Shown here piece by piece: positions 10,314 through 21,488 of a stretch of 64,000 nucleotides of DNA (the stretch's first letter is position 1; each line of letters starts with the position of its first letter). Position numbers and translations under genes: made by a program. Below the pieces are notes generated by a model, which saw only the letters and a program-made list of their open reading frames with translations, did no database searches and was not told the origin of the DNA. Source of the DNA: Phormidesmis sp. (lineage in GTDB: Bacteria > Cyanobacteriota > Cyanobacteriia > Leptolyngbyales > Leptolyngbyaceae); NCBI GenBank assembly GCA_965248535.1, contig CBDFJR010000002.1, positions 864,001 to 928,000 on the forward strand, in the 5' to 3' direction.

Positions 10314-11849
10314 TCAAGAGGGGTTGCACCGTTCTAAAAACGAGTCTTGCTCAACACCCTGCTGATATGACATCACATCGGGGATGATCTGATTTAAATT
10401 TCCGGCTCCTAAGAAAATAGTCAAGTCTCCAGGAGCCAGCGTTTCACCTAAAAAATGGCTGACCGATCGCAGCGACGGCCGATAGTGAACGTTGGGATGA
10501 TGGTTGGCAATCAGATCGGCCAGTTGTTGACCATTAATTTGCCCTAAATCAGGTTCTCCGGCACTATAGATATCGCTCACAATCACGACATCTGCCTGGG
10601 CAAAAGATTCAGCAAACTCTATCAAAAACGTCAAAACACGGCTGTAGCGATGGGGCTGAAAAACCGCCACAACTCTTCGTTTAGCAGGGGTTAACCCGGC
10701 GTGAATTTGAGCCGATGAAAGAGTAGCTCGAATCTCGCTGGGATGGTGGGCATAGTCATCTATAAACAGAATGTCGTTGACGGCACCCCGATGCTCAAAC
10801 CGCCGACAAGCCCCCTCAAAATTGGCGATCGCCGCTGCAATCACCGCAAACTCTAGCCCCAATAGCCGACCCACCGCAACCGCTGCTAAGGCATTGCTGA
10901 GATTATGCTCACCCAGAAGCTCGATCTTGAGTTGCCCCAAAACCTGTCCCCGCTCCCAGACTTGAGCAGTGGTGCCCTCGGCGTGATAGAGAATCTGGTC
11001 AGCGATGTAGTCGGCTTTAGAGTCAGGGTGAAGGCTATAGCTGATGTTGGGCTTGAGGCGATCGCGCACCGTTTGGCAGTCAATGCTGCCGATCACAGTG
11101 TGGCAGCGGCTCGAAAACGTTTGAAACGTCTCCACCACTTGCTCTAAGCTGCTGTAGTGATCAGGGTGATCAAGCTCGATATTTGTAATGATGCCAATGT
11201 AGGGAGAAAACTTAACCAACGAGCCGTCTGACTCATCGGCTTCTGCCACTAGATAAGGGCCTTGGCCTTGCCGAGCATTGCCTTCCCAAGCGTGAACTTC
11301 TCCACCCACGATGATCGTAGGATCAAGCCCTGCCATGAGCAGCATGTAGCTGATTAAGCTGCTCGTCGTCGTTTTGCCATGAGTTCCGGCAACGGCGATG
11401 CTTTGATAATCTGCAATTAGGGCTGCCAAAATATCTGAGCGGTGAAAAATCGGACACCCAAGCTCGATCGCTGCTCGATATTCAGGGTTAGCGGCGTTAA
11501 TTGCCGTAGAGCAGACCACCTGCGGCAGCACCGCAGTCGAGGCACCGCTTGATAGTCGGCTCTTTGCAAAGGGCGCAGAGAGTGCACCGTGACCAGAAGC
11601 CAGACCAACAGCCACCGCAGAAATTGCATCGGCTTGTGATTTAAAGAACTCAAGATTAGACGCATCTTGACGGTCAAAAACATGGGCACCTAATTCTTCG
11701 AGGCGCTCCGTAATATGGCTTAAGCGAACATCAGAACCGGAAACAGGCAACTTACGCTTGGTTAAAACATAAGCGAGGGCTGACATTCCAATCCCACCAA
11801 TTCCAATAAAATGAAACGGTCTGCCGCTGAAATCAACGGAATTCAGCAT
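10314..11849 (-). CDS. murC: UDP-N-acetylmuramate--L-alanine ligase
   Basis: HFIGIGGIGMS, AGTHGKTTT, EADESDGS, DDYAHHPSE, FQPHRYSR. Confidence 0.97.
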   Translation of the reverse strand: MLNSVDFSGRPFHFIGIGGIGMSALAYVLTKRKLPVSGSDVRLSHITERLEELGAHVFDRQDASNLEFFKSQADAISAVAVGLASGHGALSAPFAKSRLSSGASTAVLPQVVCSTAINAANPEYRAAIELGCPIFHRSDILAALIADYQSIAVAGTHGKTTTSSLISYMLLMAGLDPTIIVGGEVHAWEGNARQGQGPYLVAEADESDGSLVKFSPYIGIITNIELDHPDHYSSLEQVVETFQTFSSRCHTVIGSIDCQTVRDRLKPNISYSLHPDSKADYIADQILYHAEGTTAQVWERGQVLGQLKIELLGEHNLSNALAAVAVGRLLGLEFAVIAAAIANFEGACRRFEHRGAVNDILFIDDYAHHPSEIRATLSSAQIHAGLTPAKRRVVAVFQPHRYSRVLTFLIEFAESFAQADVVIVSDIYSAGEPDLGQINGQQLADLIANHHPNVHYRPSLRSVSHFLGETLAPGDLTIFLGAGNLNQIIPDVMSYQQGVEQDSFLERCNPS

Positions 11850-12368
11850 CTTAGCTCCTTACACACCACACCAATAACACGCGCTATCATATCAAGGATT
11901 GCTTTTTCACGGTATAGCTAAGTGAGAATTTCTTTCTCCTTAATTCAAAACCGCGAGATTGCCTTTCTGATTGACTAAATGAGAAACTCAACTTTTCCTC
12001 ACTCCTTTAGCTGATCAAGCATCAATGGCGATGCCAGACTAGATAAATACACCTACAGTTAAACCAATTCCTGATAAAAATCCATCAAATTCTTAGAATT
12101 TTTAGAGATTAAATCAGTCGTGATTCAAAATAGCCTGAATTATTTAAATCAGCACACTGAAGATCGCAAATTCGCTCCCTTTAAATCCTGTCCTCTCACC
12201 CTAGCTCTCGCTTCAAGCAGAGGAAAGAAGAATTTCAACTCCACTCCCATTGGGTAAGCGCCAATTAGGATGAAATTCTAGACAATACCCTAGAAGAACT
12301 TGCAAGCGGACGTTGAGTGAGCGGCGCGATCGAGTTCAATAAAGGGTTGAACTCTTGATCACCATTTT

Positions 12369-12734
12369 ATGACTACTCAAGTCTATGGAATTCCGACCTG
12401 TGGCACCTGCAAAAAGGCATTTCAATGGCTGAAAGCCAACGGCATTGACTATGAGCCTATCAACACTAAAGACCACCCCCCGACTCAACCGACGATCGCT
12501 GCCTGGGTGACCCAACTCGGCAGTAAAGCAATGCGAAACACCTCTGGGCACTCTTATCGCTCGTTGGGAGATGAGAAAAAAACCTGGACAGATGCCGAGT
12601 GGATTGAGGCCTTTGCTCAAGATTCTATGCTGCTCAAGCGTCCTCTTTTTGTCTGCGATGGGGTGGCGATCGCGGTCGGCTTTGCCCCGTCAGAAGCCCT
12701 GCTGTCAGTCTTGCATCCGGCTAAGGGCAGGTAG
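12369..12734 (+). CDS. ArsC/Spx/MgsR family protein
   Basis: YGIPTCGTCKKA CxxC and LLKRP motifs. Confidence 0.88.
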   Translation: MTTQVYGIPTCGTCKKAFQWLKANGIDYEPINTKDHPPTQPTIAAWVTQLGSKAMRNTSGHSYRSLGDEKKTWTDAEWIEAFAQDSMLLKRPLFVCDGVAIAVGFAPSEALLSVLHPAKGR

Positions 12735-12944
12735 AACACTGTTCATCAATAAGTTCTTTCTCTGCTTGAGTGAAATGACTAGTTTTACTTTACTGTCACA
12801 AAGAAAGGCGCGAATATATAGAAAGATCACGGATTAAATAAAGCCTAAGCCTGGTTTGGGGCGCGGCAGCGCTGTGCCCATCGATCGACACATCACCATC
12901 AACGCACTCCTGAGCAAGCCAACCTCACGACTAGGGAGAAACCA

Positions 12945-13748
12945 ATGGAAAATTTAGCTTATCTTCATTTAGCGGTTGACTTTGAAGCCCCCAATCCAGA
13001 CTTAACCCTGCGATCGCTTTCACAACTCGGCTTGAGCGTTCCTAGCTCGGCTTGGGTGGGCGTTGTCAGTTTAGCGATCGCGGGTGCTGTTTTGGCCAGT
13101 GCTCACGATGCAATGGCGGCGATCGGGCGCGGCAGCCAAGGGTCAGCCGTGACGGCCGTGCAAAGTGCCCTACGCAATCGGGGTTATGACCTCGCGGTCG
13201 ATGGAGTCTATGGCAGCCGAACTGAGTATGTGGTCTCGCTGCTCCAGGGCTATGAACATATTTCTGCTGATGGTGTAGTTGGGCCAAAGACAGCGGCGGT
13301 GTTGGGGCTGCCGGGGGCTGCCTATGGCGGGGGCGGGGGCGGGGGCAATCCCGGCAGCGAGGCTCCTACAGGAGCGGTCACGGTGACTGCCCCGATCGGG
13401 GTCAACATTCGCAGCGGCCCCGGAACCGGGTATGGCATCGTCGGCGGTCTGGGCTATGGGGCGCGAGTCAGCACCTATGGCACGTCGTCGGGGTGGTATC
13501 GCGTCAGCGGGGGCTGGATCTCGTCTTCCTACACCAGCAGCAGCAGTGGTGGTGGCGGCGGCGGCAGCCCTGGGAGTGGCTATGGCACGGTCACTGCGGG
13601 CAGTGGCTTGTTGGTTCGCAGCGGCCCCGGCCCGGGCTATGGGGTCGTCAACAGCCTTGGCTATGGCGCACGAGTGGCGATCTATAGCTCCTCAAACGGC
13701 TGGTATCGAACCGATGGCGGCTGGGTTTCGGCTAGCTACGTTCGGTAG
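12945..13748 (+). CDS. Peptidoglycan-binding domain plus two SH3b domains, Gly-rich linkers
   Basis: VTAVQSALRNRGY...DGVYG...DGVVGPKT; two copies of (N/L)(I/V)RSGPGxGYG(I/V)V...GWY...GW(I/V)S; RBS GGGAGA. Confidence 0.82.
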   Translation: MENLAYLHLAVDFEAPNPDLTLRSLSQLGLSVPSSAWVGVVSLAIAGAVLASAHDAMAAIGRGSQGSAVTAVQSALRNRGYDLAVDGVYGSRTEYVVSLLQGYEHISADGVVGPKTAAVLGLPGAAYGGGGGGGNPGSEAPTGAVTVTAPIGVNIRSGPGTGYGIVGGLGYGARVSTYGTSSGWYRVSGGWISSSYTSSSSGGGGGGSPGSGYGTVTAGSGLLVRSGPGPGYGVVNSLGYGARVAIYSSSNGWYRTDGGWVSASYVR

Positions 13749-13781
13749 AAGACGGCTGAGACACAAAACCCATCAAATTTA

Positions 13782-13815
13782 AGGGACGGGTTAACAGAAA
13801 TCCGTCCCTCTTTTT
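13782..13815. terminator. Hairpin terminator between convergent genes
   Basis: AGGGACGG / CCGTCCCT stem followed by CTTTTT. Confidence 0.65.
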
Positions 13816-13819
13816 GAAC

Positions 13820-16690
13820 TTAAGCCGTGACGACGGGAACGCACCGTTCACACAGCAGCGGATGTTGATGAGATTCGCCGACGTGAATGGAGTAGTTCCA
13901 GCAGCGATCGCACTTCTTGCCATCAGCTTTGGTGATGCCGATGGTCAGATCTGCTAGATCTGCTTGATAGTGCAAATTCACAAAATCGCTGGGTGAGTTG
14001 ACTAAACTCACTTGGGAGGTGAGCAAGAGATAGCGCAACTCATCTACCCCATTTCCGCTGCCGCTGGGTGGATTAAACTGCTCCAGCACCTCTGATTTTA
14101 GATTTTTAGGAAACAGGAGCACGTTAGATTCTAAAGAAGAACCGATATATTTCTCTGTCCGCGCTTTTTCTAGAACTTTGTTGACCTCCGCCCGAACTTG
14201 CCGCAGCGTTTCCCATTTTTCTGTCAGTTCTGGCGCGCTCCACTGCGGGTCTAGCGTCACCCAACGGGCTGCAAACACCGATTGATAGGGTGTCGAATAG
14301 GGAATAGCTTGCCAGATATCTTCTGCCATGTGACAGAGCACAGGCGCGATCGCTCGTGCCAGGTTTTCAACCGCGATCGCCAACACCGTCTGGCAACTCC
14401 GGCGACGCAGATCATCGCTGCCGCTGATATAGAGCCGATCTTTGGCAACATCTAGATAAAAATTAGACAGATCAACCGCACAGAAATTCTGCACGGTCTG
14501 AAAAAAGCGAAAGAACTGAAAACTCTCAAATGAGTCTTGAATGTCAGAAAAGACTTCGGTCATTCGATGCAGCATGTAGCGATCGAGTTCTGGCAATTGC
14601 TCGTAGGGCACTGCGTTTTGAGCCGGATCGAAGTCGTGCAGATTGCCCAACAAAAATCGCGCCGTGTTGCGAATCTTGCGATAGACATCCGCCATTTGTT
14701 TGAGAATGGTTTTGCCGATCGGCACATCGTTGGTGTAATCGACCGACGATACCCATAACCGCAAAATGTCGGCTCCATAGGGCGGCTCTTCTTTTTGGTT
14801 TTTGCCCCCTTCGATCACAATCATCGGATCGACAACATTGCCTAGAGATTTACTTTGCTTGCGTCCCTGCTCATCTAGCGTGAACCCGTGAGTCAAAACC
14901 GTTTTATAAGGTGCAATCCCGTTGACGGCGACACTGGTCAGCAAACTGGATTGGAACCAGCCGCGATGCTGATCTGATCCTTCTAGATACAAATCGGCGG
15001 GATATCGAAGCTCGTCTCGCTGTTGAAGAACCGCCGCCCAAGACGAACCGGAGTCAAACCAAACATCCATTGTGTCGGTGCCCTTGCGATAGGCACGACC
15101 TCGATAATGCTCTGGCAAAAGCTCGTCAACGGACAACTCCCACCAGGCATCGGAGCCTTTTTCGGCCACGATCGCTTGCACATAGGCGATCGTTTCTTCA
15201 TTCAGCAGCGGGTCGCCTGTCTCTTCATCATAAAATACGGGAATCGGCACCCCCCAACTGCGCTGACGAGAAATGCACCAGTCCGATCGCTCTGCCACCA
15301 TTGGCGTGATCCGGTTTTCGCCCTGGGCAGGAATCCAGGTGACGTTGGCGATCGCCGTCAGTGCTGCATCTCGAAAGCCCTCGACCGAGGCAAACCACTG
15401 CTCGGTCGCTCTAAAGATTGTTGGTTTTTTGGTTCGCCAATCGTAAGGATATTTATGAACATAAGGTTCTTCTTTAAGCAGCGAACCCGCATCGGCTAAA
15501 GCTTGAATCACGGCACTGTTGCCCTCTCCCAGCACATTTAAGCCTGCAAACTGCCCAGCCTCGGCGGTAAAATCGCCGTTATCATCCACCGGAGACAGCA
15601 AGGGCAACCCATAGCGCAGCCCAACCTGATAGTCTTCTTGACCGTGACCCGGAGCCGTGTGGACTAATCCTGTTCCTGAGTCAGTGGTGACATAATCGCC
15701 GCCAATTAGGATCTCGCTTTGACGATCGTAAAGTGGATGCCGATAGGTGCAGTGCTCTAGCAGCCGACCCATCATCGTCGCTTTCTCAGTCAGGGTCGTC
15801 CCCAGCAACTCAGCGAGGCGATCAATTAGATCCTTCGCGACAATCAGATATTTGAACTTAGAGTGAAAATCTGCCCCGACTTCCACCACGGCATAGACTA
15901 AATCGGGATTGACACTCACCCCCAAATTAGCCGGAATCGTCCAGGGAGTCGTTGTCCAAATCGCAACGCCCAACTCACCCAAAAAGGGGTCGAGGGGCAT
16001 TTGCAGATCTTTGGATAGATTTGTGACTTCAAACGCTGCGTAAATACTGCGCGAGGTGTGACCTTCAGGATATTCAAGTTCGGCTTCTGCCAGGGCCGTT
16101 TTAGAACTCGGACTCCAGTGCACAGGCTTTAAGCCACGATAGATATAGCCCTTGAGCACCATCTGCCCGAACACGCCGATCTGCGCCGCTTCATAGTCTG
16201 GCTTTAGGGTCAGATAGGGGTGCTCCCAATCGCCCCAAACTCCGTAGCGTTTGAAGCTTTTAAGCTGCTCTTCGACAGTTTTGAGCGCGAATTCTTTAGC
16301 TTTTTGCCGCAGCGATAACGGCGTTAGCTGCTTGCGCTCTTCGGGTTTGAGGGTTTGGAGAACTTTAAGCTCGATCGGCAGCCCATGACAGTCCCATCCG
16401 GCTACATAGCGAACTTTTCGACCTTGCAGCAGTTGATATTTGTTGATCGTGTCTTTGAGAATTTTGTTCAGCGCATGGCCGATGTGCAGCGACCCGTTTG
16501 CATAGGGCGGGCCATCGTGCAAAATGAACACATCACCCGGATTGTTCTGGGACAGGTGCTCGTAAATTTGCTGTTCTGCCCAAAATTTTTGCAATTCGGG
16601 TTCCCGTTTGACGGCGTTTGCACGCATATCAAAATCGGTTTTAGGCAAATGAACGGTGTCTTTATAAGATCCGGGGTCTGTTAGCGCCAT
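13820..16690 (-). CDS. ileS: Isoleucine--tRNA ligase
   Basis: HDGPPYANG, HIGH, WTTTPWT, EGSDQHRGWF, KQSKS (KMSKS variant), C-terminal CDRC...CERC Zn finger. Confidence 0.98.
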   Translation of the reverse strand: MALTDPGSYKDTVHLPKTDFDMRANAVKREPELQKFWAEQQIYEHLSQNNPGDVFILHDGPPYANGSLHIGHALNKILKDTINKYQLLQGRKVRYVAGWDCHGLPIELKVLQTLKPEERKQLTPLSLRQKAKEFALKTVEEQLKSFKRYGVWGDWEHPYLTLKPDYEAAQIGVFGQMVLKGYIYRGLKPVHWSPSSKTALAEAELEYPEGHTSRSIYAAFEVTNLSKDLQMPLDPFLGELGVAIWTTTPWTIPANLGVSVNPDLVYAVVEVGADFHSKFKYLIVAKDLIDRLAELLGTTLTEKATMMGRLLEHCTYRHPLYDRQSEILIGGDYVTTDSGTGLVHTAPGHGQEDYQVGLRYGLPLLSPVDDNGDFTAEAGQFAGLNVLGEGNSAVIQALADAGSLLKEEPYVHKYPYDWRTKKPTIFRATEQWFASVEGFRDAALTAIANVTWIPAQGENRITPMVAERSDWCISRQRSWGVPIPVFYDEETGDPLLNEETIAYVQAIVAEKGSDAWWELSVDELLPEHYRGRAYRKGTDTMDVWFDSGSSWAAVLQQRDELRYPADLYLEGSDQHRGWFQSSLLTSVAVNGIAPYKTVLTHGFTLDEQGRKQSKSLGNVVDPMIVIEGGKNQKEEPPYGADILRLWVSSVDYTNDVPIGKTILKQMADVYRKIRNTARFLLGNLHDFDPAQNAVPYEQLPELDRYMLHRMTEVFSDIQDSFESFQFFRFFQTVQNFCAVDLSNFYLDVAKDRLYISGSDDLRRRSCQTVLAIAVENLARAIAPVLCHMAEDIWQAIPYSTPYQSVFAARWVTLDPQWSAPELTEKWETLRQVRAEVNKVLEKARTEKYIGSSLESNVLLFPKNLKSEVLEQFNPPSGSGNGVDELRYLLLTSQVSLVNSPSDFVNLHYQADLADLTIGITKADGKKCDRCWNYSIHVGESHQHPLLCERCVPVVTA

Positions 16691-16883
16691 GATACACAAG
16701 TGTCAGAATATAGAAAATCTGCAAAGAGGCGAGGCCTGCTCTGCATGGAGTTATTATCAGTGAGAATCTCCCTCGCTTCAAGTCTAGCGTGGAGAATAGA
16801 CCGCTGGATCTAAAGCTATAGAGGGAGGAGTCTTTGGAGGGTGAATTAACCGATATCGGTTAGTGGCAGAGGCAATGGGCATG

Positions 16884-16912
16884 GTAAGGGCAGGGCATTG
16901 CCATGCCCTTAC
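16884..16912. repeat. REP-like hairpin (GTA..GGGCA family)
   Basis: GTAAGGGCAGGGC-ATT-GCCATGCCCTTAC; similar to the hairpins at 21532 and 21564. Confidence 0.65.
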
Positions 16913-16928
16913 AGCTTTCTCGATCGCT

Positions 16929-17885
16929 CTACTGATCCGATGGTGCGGTTTCGGGAGGGTGAGCAGGCAGGTGCTTTTCTTCGGCATCGGCGATCGCGGC
17001 TTCGACGAGATCAGGTGTTGGCGGCTTAGGAGGGGTAGGCTGAAGTCCTATAGTCTCTGCCTGGGCGGTTTCGGCGGCTCGCTTGGCTTCAAAATCCATC
17101 TCTTCTAAGATGATCTCATCACTGGAAATGGTCGAGTCAGAGGTGGCATCTTCATCACTCAAAACGGGCGACTCAGAGTCCTCACTAGACGTTTTGGGCT
17201 GGTCGTCGTCTTCAAAATCGGCATCTGCCACCGATGCGTCACGAAACTCTTTTCTGACGTAAGTCGTCGTGTTTTTGGGGGGCTTGTTAAAGCTAGCGAT
17301 CAGAGATTTGGCAGTTTCGACCAGAGCCGTTAGCGGGTTTGGCTGAGGCGATGAAGGCTGAGAGTCTGCTGAGGTAGAGGCGATCGGGCGAGTCGTCGGA
17401 GAGGAGATCGGAGGGGAGCCAAAATCTTCTGGCTTGAGCGGCTCATAGACGCGATCGCTCTGAGTCGCGGCAGAATTTTGCGGTTGAGTGGTCTTGTTGA
17501 TTAGGGACTGGGCACGATCGCGCAAATTTCCAAGCTGCTGCTTAATTTTGGCGGTGGTCTCAGGCGAAAGCACTCGATTGATCCCAGCTTGCAGATTGGC
17601 GGAGAGATCACCCGTCGTCGATCGTAGCTCTGCGGGGGTTTGCCCCGATCGAGCCAGCAATGTCTGCCAGCCGAGCCAGCCAATTAGTGAAACACTGGCC
17701 ATCTGTCCGAGCAAAACGCCGCCCGTAATTCGTTCGGCACAAATCCACAGCACTAGGGCATAAAACAAGCCCACCCCACTCCAAACCAGATCGCCTTTTC
17801 GGTGAAGCTCTGGGTAGAAGAATGCGGCGAGATAGAGGGCTAAACTGCCCAAGCCCACCACCAAAGCGAGAAGAAACGTCAGCAT
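16929..17885 (-). CDS. ycf66: Ycf66 family protein
   Basis: N-terminal TM domain AFFYPELHRKGDLVWSGVGLFYALVLW...GGVLLGQ, then low-complexity P/S/D tail. Confidence 0.8.
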   Translation of the reverse strand: MLTFLLALVVGLGSLALYLAAFFYPELHRKGDLVWSGVGLFYALVLWICAERITGGVLLGQMASVSLIGWLGWQTLLARSGQTPAELRSTTGDLSANLQAGINRVLSPETTAKIKQQLGNLRDRAQSLINKTTQPQNSAATQSDRVYEPLKPEDFGSPPISSPTTRPIASTSADSQPSSPQPNPLTALVETAKSLIASFNKPPKNTTTYVRKEFRDASVADADFEDDDQPKTSSEDSESPVLSDEDATSDSTISSDEIILEEMDFEAKRAAETAQAETIGLQPTPPKPPTPDLVEAAIADAEEKHLPAHPPETAPSDQ

Positions 17886-17975
17886 ATTGGCTGCTCCCAA
17901 ACTGTCAGCGACTTCTATTAACTCTACCTCCCTTGGGCAGCGATTAAAGTTGAAGAGATGTCAAGGAAGCAAAAA

Positions 17976-18494
17976 CTAGGCCGGGTTGACGCGCATTAAT
18001 GGCTGCCCATATTCCACAGGCTGCGAGTTTTGCACCAAAATCTCAACGATTTCGCCGGAGACCTCAGCCTCGATCTCATTGAGCAATTTCATCGCTTCAA
18101 TAATGCACACCGTTTGCCCAGAGCGAATGCGATCGCCCACCTCGACAAACGGAGACTCGTCGGGGGCCGGAGCGCGATAGAAGGTGCCCACCATCGGCGA
18201 GAGAATTTCGACTAGGCGGCGATCGCTGTTGGGCGGAGGAGCCGACTGACCCGAAGGCACCCCATTGGGGTTATCAGCCCTAGACAGATCTGAGGCGGGA
18301 AGCGGAGCCACGATCGGGGAGACGGTCAGCGTCTCTCTAGACCCGATCGGAGACAGGTTGGCTGGCTCTGAACCCGATCGCGACTCTCGACGAACGGTCA
18401 ACTCAAAATCTTCACTTTTTAAGATCAACTCCGCGATATCGGTTTGGTTGAGAGCCGTGAGCAGTTCGCGAAGTTCGCTTAAGTCCAGTGGCAC
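17976..18494 (-). CDS. accB: Acetyl-CoA carboxylase biotin carboxyl carrier protein
   Basis: SPMVGTFYRAP, IIEAMKL biotinylation motif; efp-accB synteny. Confidence 0.96.
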   Translation of the reverse strand: MPLDLSELRELLTALNQTDIAELILKSEDFELTVRRESRSGSEPANLSPIGSRETLTVSPIVAPLPASDLSRADNPNGVPSGQSAPPPNSDRRLVEILSPMVGTFYRAPAPDESPFVEVGDRIRSGQTVCIIEAMKLLNEIEAEVSGEIVEILVQNSQPVEYGQPLMRVNPA

Positions 18495-18594
18495 AGGGTT
18501 ATTGCTCCATTTATAAGGCGATGGGTAATGTGTGAGTAGTTGGCAGTTAGCAGCCCTGAGTCGCCACTACTAACCAAGTGCCACGAGCCACTCG

Positions 18595-19155
18595 TTAATT
18601 TTCTCGACCCAGATAAGAATCATCGCGGGTATCGACCTTGATTTTTTCTCCAACTGTGATGAAGAGTGGCACCATAACTTGAGCGCCTGTTTCAACGATC
18701 GCTGGCTTGGTGCCGCCTGTGGCCGTATCGCCTTTTACACCCGGATCGGCTTGGATGACTTCGAGCACGACCGAGTTGGGCAGTTCTACCTCTAAGACCT
18801 GTTCACCCCAGCGAATGACGTTGACTTCCATACCTTCTTTAAGATATTTAACGCGCTCGCCAATTTGAGCCACGCTGAGTTGCCCTTCTTCATAGGTTTC
18901 CATATCCATAAAGACGTATTGATCGCCATCTTTATAGGTGTGCTGCATCGTGCTTTTTTCAAGATTGGCCTGCGGCACCGACTCCCCTGCGCGAAAGGTT
19001 CGTTCTAATGTTTTTCCAGTGCGGACATTCTTTAGCTCAGTCCTGACGAATGCCGATCCTTTGCCTGGCTTTACGTGCAAAAAGCTAATCACTCGCCAGA
19101 CGGCTCCGTCTAGCTCAATACTTACGCCAGGTCGAAAATCATTACTAGAAATCAT
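18595..19155 (-). CDS. efp: Elongation factor P
   Basis: [27 protein letters not shown]. Confidence 0.98.
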   Translation of the reverse strand: MISSNDFRPGVSIELDGAVWRVISFLHVKPGKGSAFVRTELKNVRTGKTLERTFRAGESVPQANLEKSTMQHTYKDGDQYVFMDMETYEEGQLSVAQIGERVKYLKEGMEVNVIRWGEQVLEVELPNSVVLEVIQADPGVKGDTATGGTKPAIVETGAQVMVPLFITVGEKIKVDTRDDSYLGREN

Positions 19156-19317
19156 GAGTGATGACAGTGGGGGAGAATGTTCGGCACTTTATTTTACCGC
19201 CCAGCGATCGCTTTTCATCGCTTTTGATTAGCGTTGTTCGTCACGATTCACCACAGAGCACCGCCCCCTAACGTGGCACAATCGGAAAGGGGTTTTAAAG
19301 CACGCAGGGAAAGAGAT

Positions 19318-20440
19318 ATGTCTTTTTGGAATCGTTTGACACTGGCTCACTGTCTGGGTTGGTTGAGAGATACCTGGATCAAAGGAATGGCGGTGGGGCT
19401 GGTCTGTCTAAGCTTTTTAGGATGGAGTCTTCCGGCTCAGGCGCTGCCGCCAGGCAACCCGATCGTTAACCCAGAGGCGCTGCTGCGCTACTCGCTGCCG
19501 ATCGACAATGCTGACGCTCGCAAGCTGCAATTTAGCCTCGAAGATATCACCAGTCAACTGCGGGCCAACCGTCGTTGGGGGGCTGTCGTCAGCGATGTCA
19601 AACAAGCTTATCGAATTTTGAACGATCGCTCTGCTCAACTGTTGGCATCCGTCCCCGATGATAAAAAGCCGCAAGCAGAAGCCATTATTGAGAAATTAAA
19701 GACAGGTGTTGAAGAACTTCAAACCAGTGCAGAGGCCAAAAATAAAGAGCAGACGCGATCGCAGCGCTCTGATTTGCTCACCCTCGTTTCCCGCCTCGAA
19801 GAGCTAATGGTGCAGAAATTTCCCTTATGAGGTGCCCACAGAGTATGGCAATCTGCCTCAGCTTAAAGGACGGGCTACCGTCACTGCGAAGACAAATCAG
19901 GGTGATTTAACGATCGTGCTTGACGGCTTTAGCGCCCCCGTCACGGCTGGCAACTTTGCCGACCTGGTGAAGCGCGGTTTCTACGATGGCTTGCAGTTCA
20001 CACGAGCCGAAGATTCCTATGTGCTGCAAATTGGCGACCCACCCGGTGCTGACGTGGGCTTTATTGACCCTGCGACTAAAAAATATCGCTCAGTGCCCCT
20101 AGAAATTCTGGTAAAGGGCGACAAAGAGCCGCTTTATGGCATCACATTAGAAGATGCCGGACGCTATTTAGATCAGCCTGTTCTGCCTTTTTCAGCCTAT
20201 GGTGCTCTGGCGATGGCTCGTCCTGGTGACGATCCCAACGGCGGTTCTTCTCAGTTTTTCTTCTTCTTGTTTGAGCCAGAATTAACGCCTGCCGGGTTGA
20301 ACTTGCTGGATGGTCGCTACGCTATTTTTGGGTTTGTTACCTCAGGTCGAGAAGTGTTGGAGAAACTAAAAGCGGGAGACACGATCGAGTCAATGAAAGT
20401 CGTTGACGGGTTAGATAACCTGGTTGAACCCACGGCTTAA
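19318..20440 (+). CDS. Cyclophilin-type PPIase (TLP40/CYP38-like); split by +1 frameshift near 19825
   Basis: ORF1 has ALPPGN...ALLRYSLPID; ORF2 has LPQLKGRATV, APVTAGNF, LDGRYAIFG; removing one T in TTTCCCTTATGAGGTG restores F-P-Y-E-V-P. Confidence 0.85.
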
Positions 20441-21433
20441 ATGAGCGATCTAACCGTTCAAGACCTTGGAGAGAAAGGGCTGCTGAAAACATTGCAGTCC
20501 TTCTGTCCGTCCGAGATCGTCGGCGATGATGCTGCCGTTTTGCAAACCGCACCCGGAAAGTTGCTGGTCATCACCTCGGATGTGCTGGTCGATCGGGTTC
20601 ATTTCAGCGATCAAACGACCCCACCTGAATCGGCTGGCTGGCGATCGGCGGCCGCCAATCTCTCAGATCTCGCCGCTATGGGCGCTGCGCCGTTAGGAAT
20701 CACAGTGGGATTAGGACTTCCTGGTGAAGTCTTAGTCAGTTGGGTAGAAGCGCTGTATCAAGGCATCACAGACTGTTTGCAGAAATATGGAACTGTCATT
20801 GTGGGCGGCGATCTTTGTCGCTCGCCCGTGAAGACCATTGCTATCACTGCCTTTGGAGAGGTCGATCCCGATCGGGTGATCCGTCGGGCCACGGCTCAAA
20901 TCGGAGACGCGATCGTAGTCACGGGCTTTCATGGCTCCTCACGAGCCGGGTTGGAACTTTTATCCTGCATCCTGAAGTTGGGTCAGGAACTAAATCAGGA
21001 CGATCGCGCCTCCCTCATCCAAGCTCATCAATATCCCAACCCTCGATTAGATATCATTCCGCTCCTGCCTAAAACACGGATTTCTGGCATGGACAGCAGC
21101 GACGGATTGGCAGATGCGATCGTGCAAATTTGTCGGGCTAGCAGCGTGGGAGCAAGGCTCGATCGTCAACAAATTCCCATCCATCCCGCGCTCAAGCGAT
21201 GGTCTCCTCAAACAGCGATAACCTGGGCGCTTTATGGAGGAGAAGATTTTGAATTGGTTCTGTGTTTGCAGAGAGAGGCGGCTCAAACGTTAGTCGAGCA
21301 ACTGGGGAAGGAAGCGGCGATCGTCGGCACTATCACGTCTGATGCTGAGATTTGGCTGATCGACTCCACCACAGAAAACCCCGACGAGATTTTGAGCTTA
21401 GAGCGAGGCTTTCAGCACTTTGGTAGCCACTAG
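20441..21433 (+). CDS. thiL: Thiamine-monophosphate kinase
   Basis: GDDAA, NLSDLAAMGA, MDSSDGL, GGEDFEL. Confidence 0.95.
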   Translation: MSDLTVQDLGEKGLLKTLQSFCPSEIVGDDAAVLQTAPGKLLVITSDVLVDRVHFSDQTTPPESAGWRSAAANLSDLAAMGAAPLGITVGLGLPGEVLVSWVEALYQGITDCLQKYGTVIVGGDLCRSPVKTIAITAFGEVDPDRVIRRATAQIGDAIVVTGFHGSSRAGLELLSCILKLGQELNQDDRASLIQAHQYPNPRLDIIPLLPKTRISGMDSSDGLADAIVQICRASSVGARLDRQQIPIHPALKRWSPQTAITWALYGGEDFELVLCLQREAAQTLVEQLGKEAAIVGTITSDAEIWLIDSTTENPDEILSLERGFQHFGSH

Positions 21434-21488
21434 TTCAGCTTCGATTGGAGAGGTTTCTTAGGAGTTTGACCAACGTTCGGCAAACGTG

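Noticed and set aside
12170..12275. Possible degenerate dispersed repeat upstream of murC
   Set aside because: Pairing too weak and no second copy in the window
14845..14862. KQSKS instead of KMSKS in IleS
   Set aside because: Single-residue variant in an otherwise typical enzyme; not evidence of altered function
19820..19835. Programmed frameshift or two separate genes at the PPIase split
   Set aside because: A single-base correction restores one conserved protein, and four similar indels occur in the window
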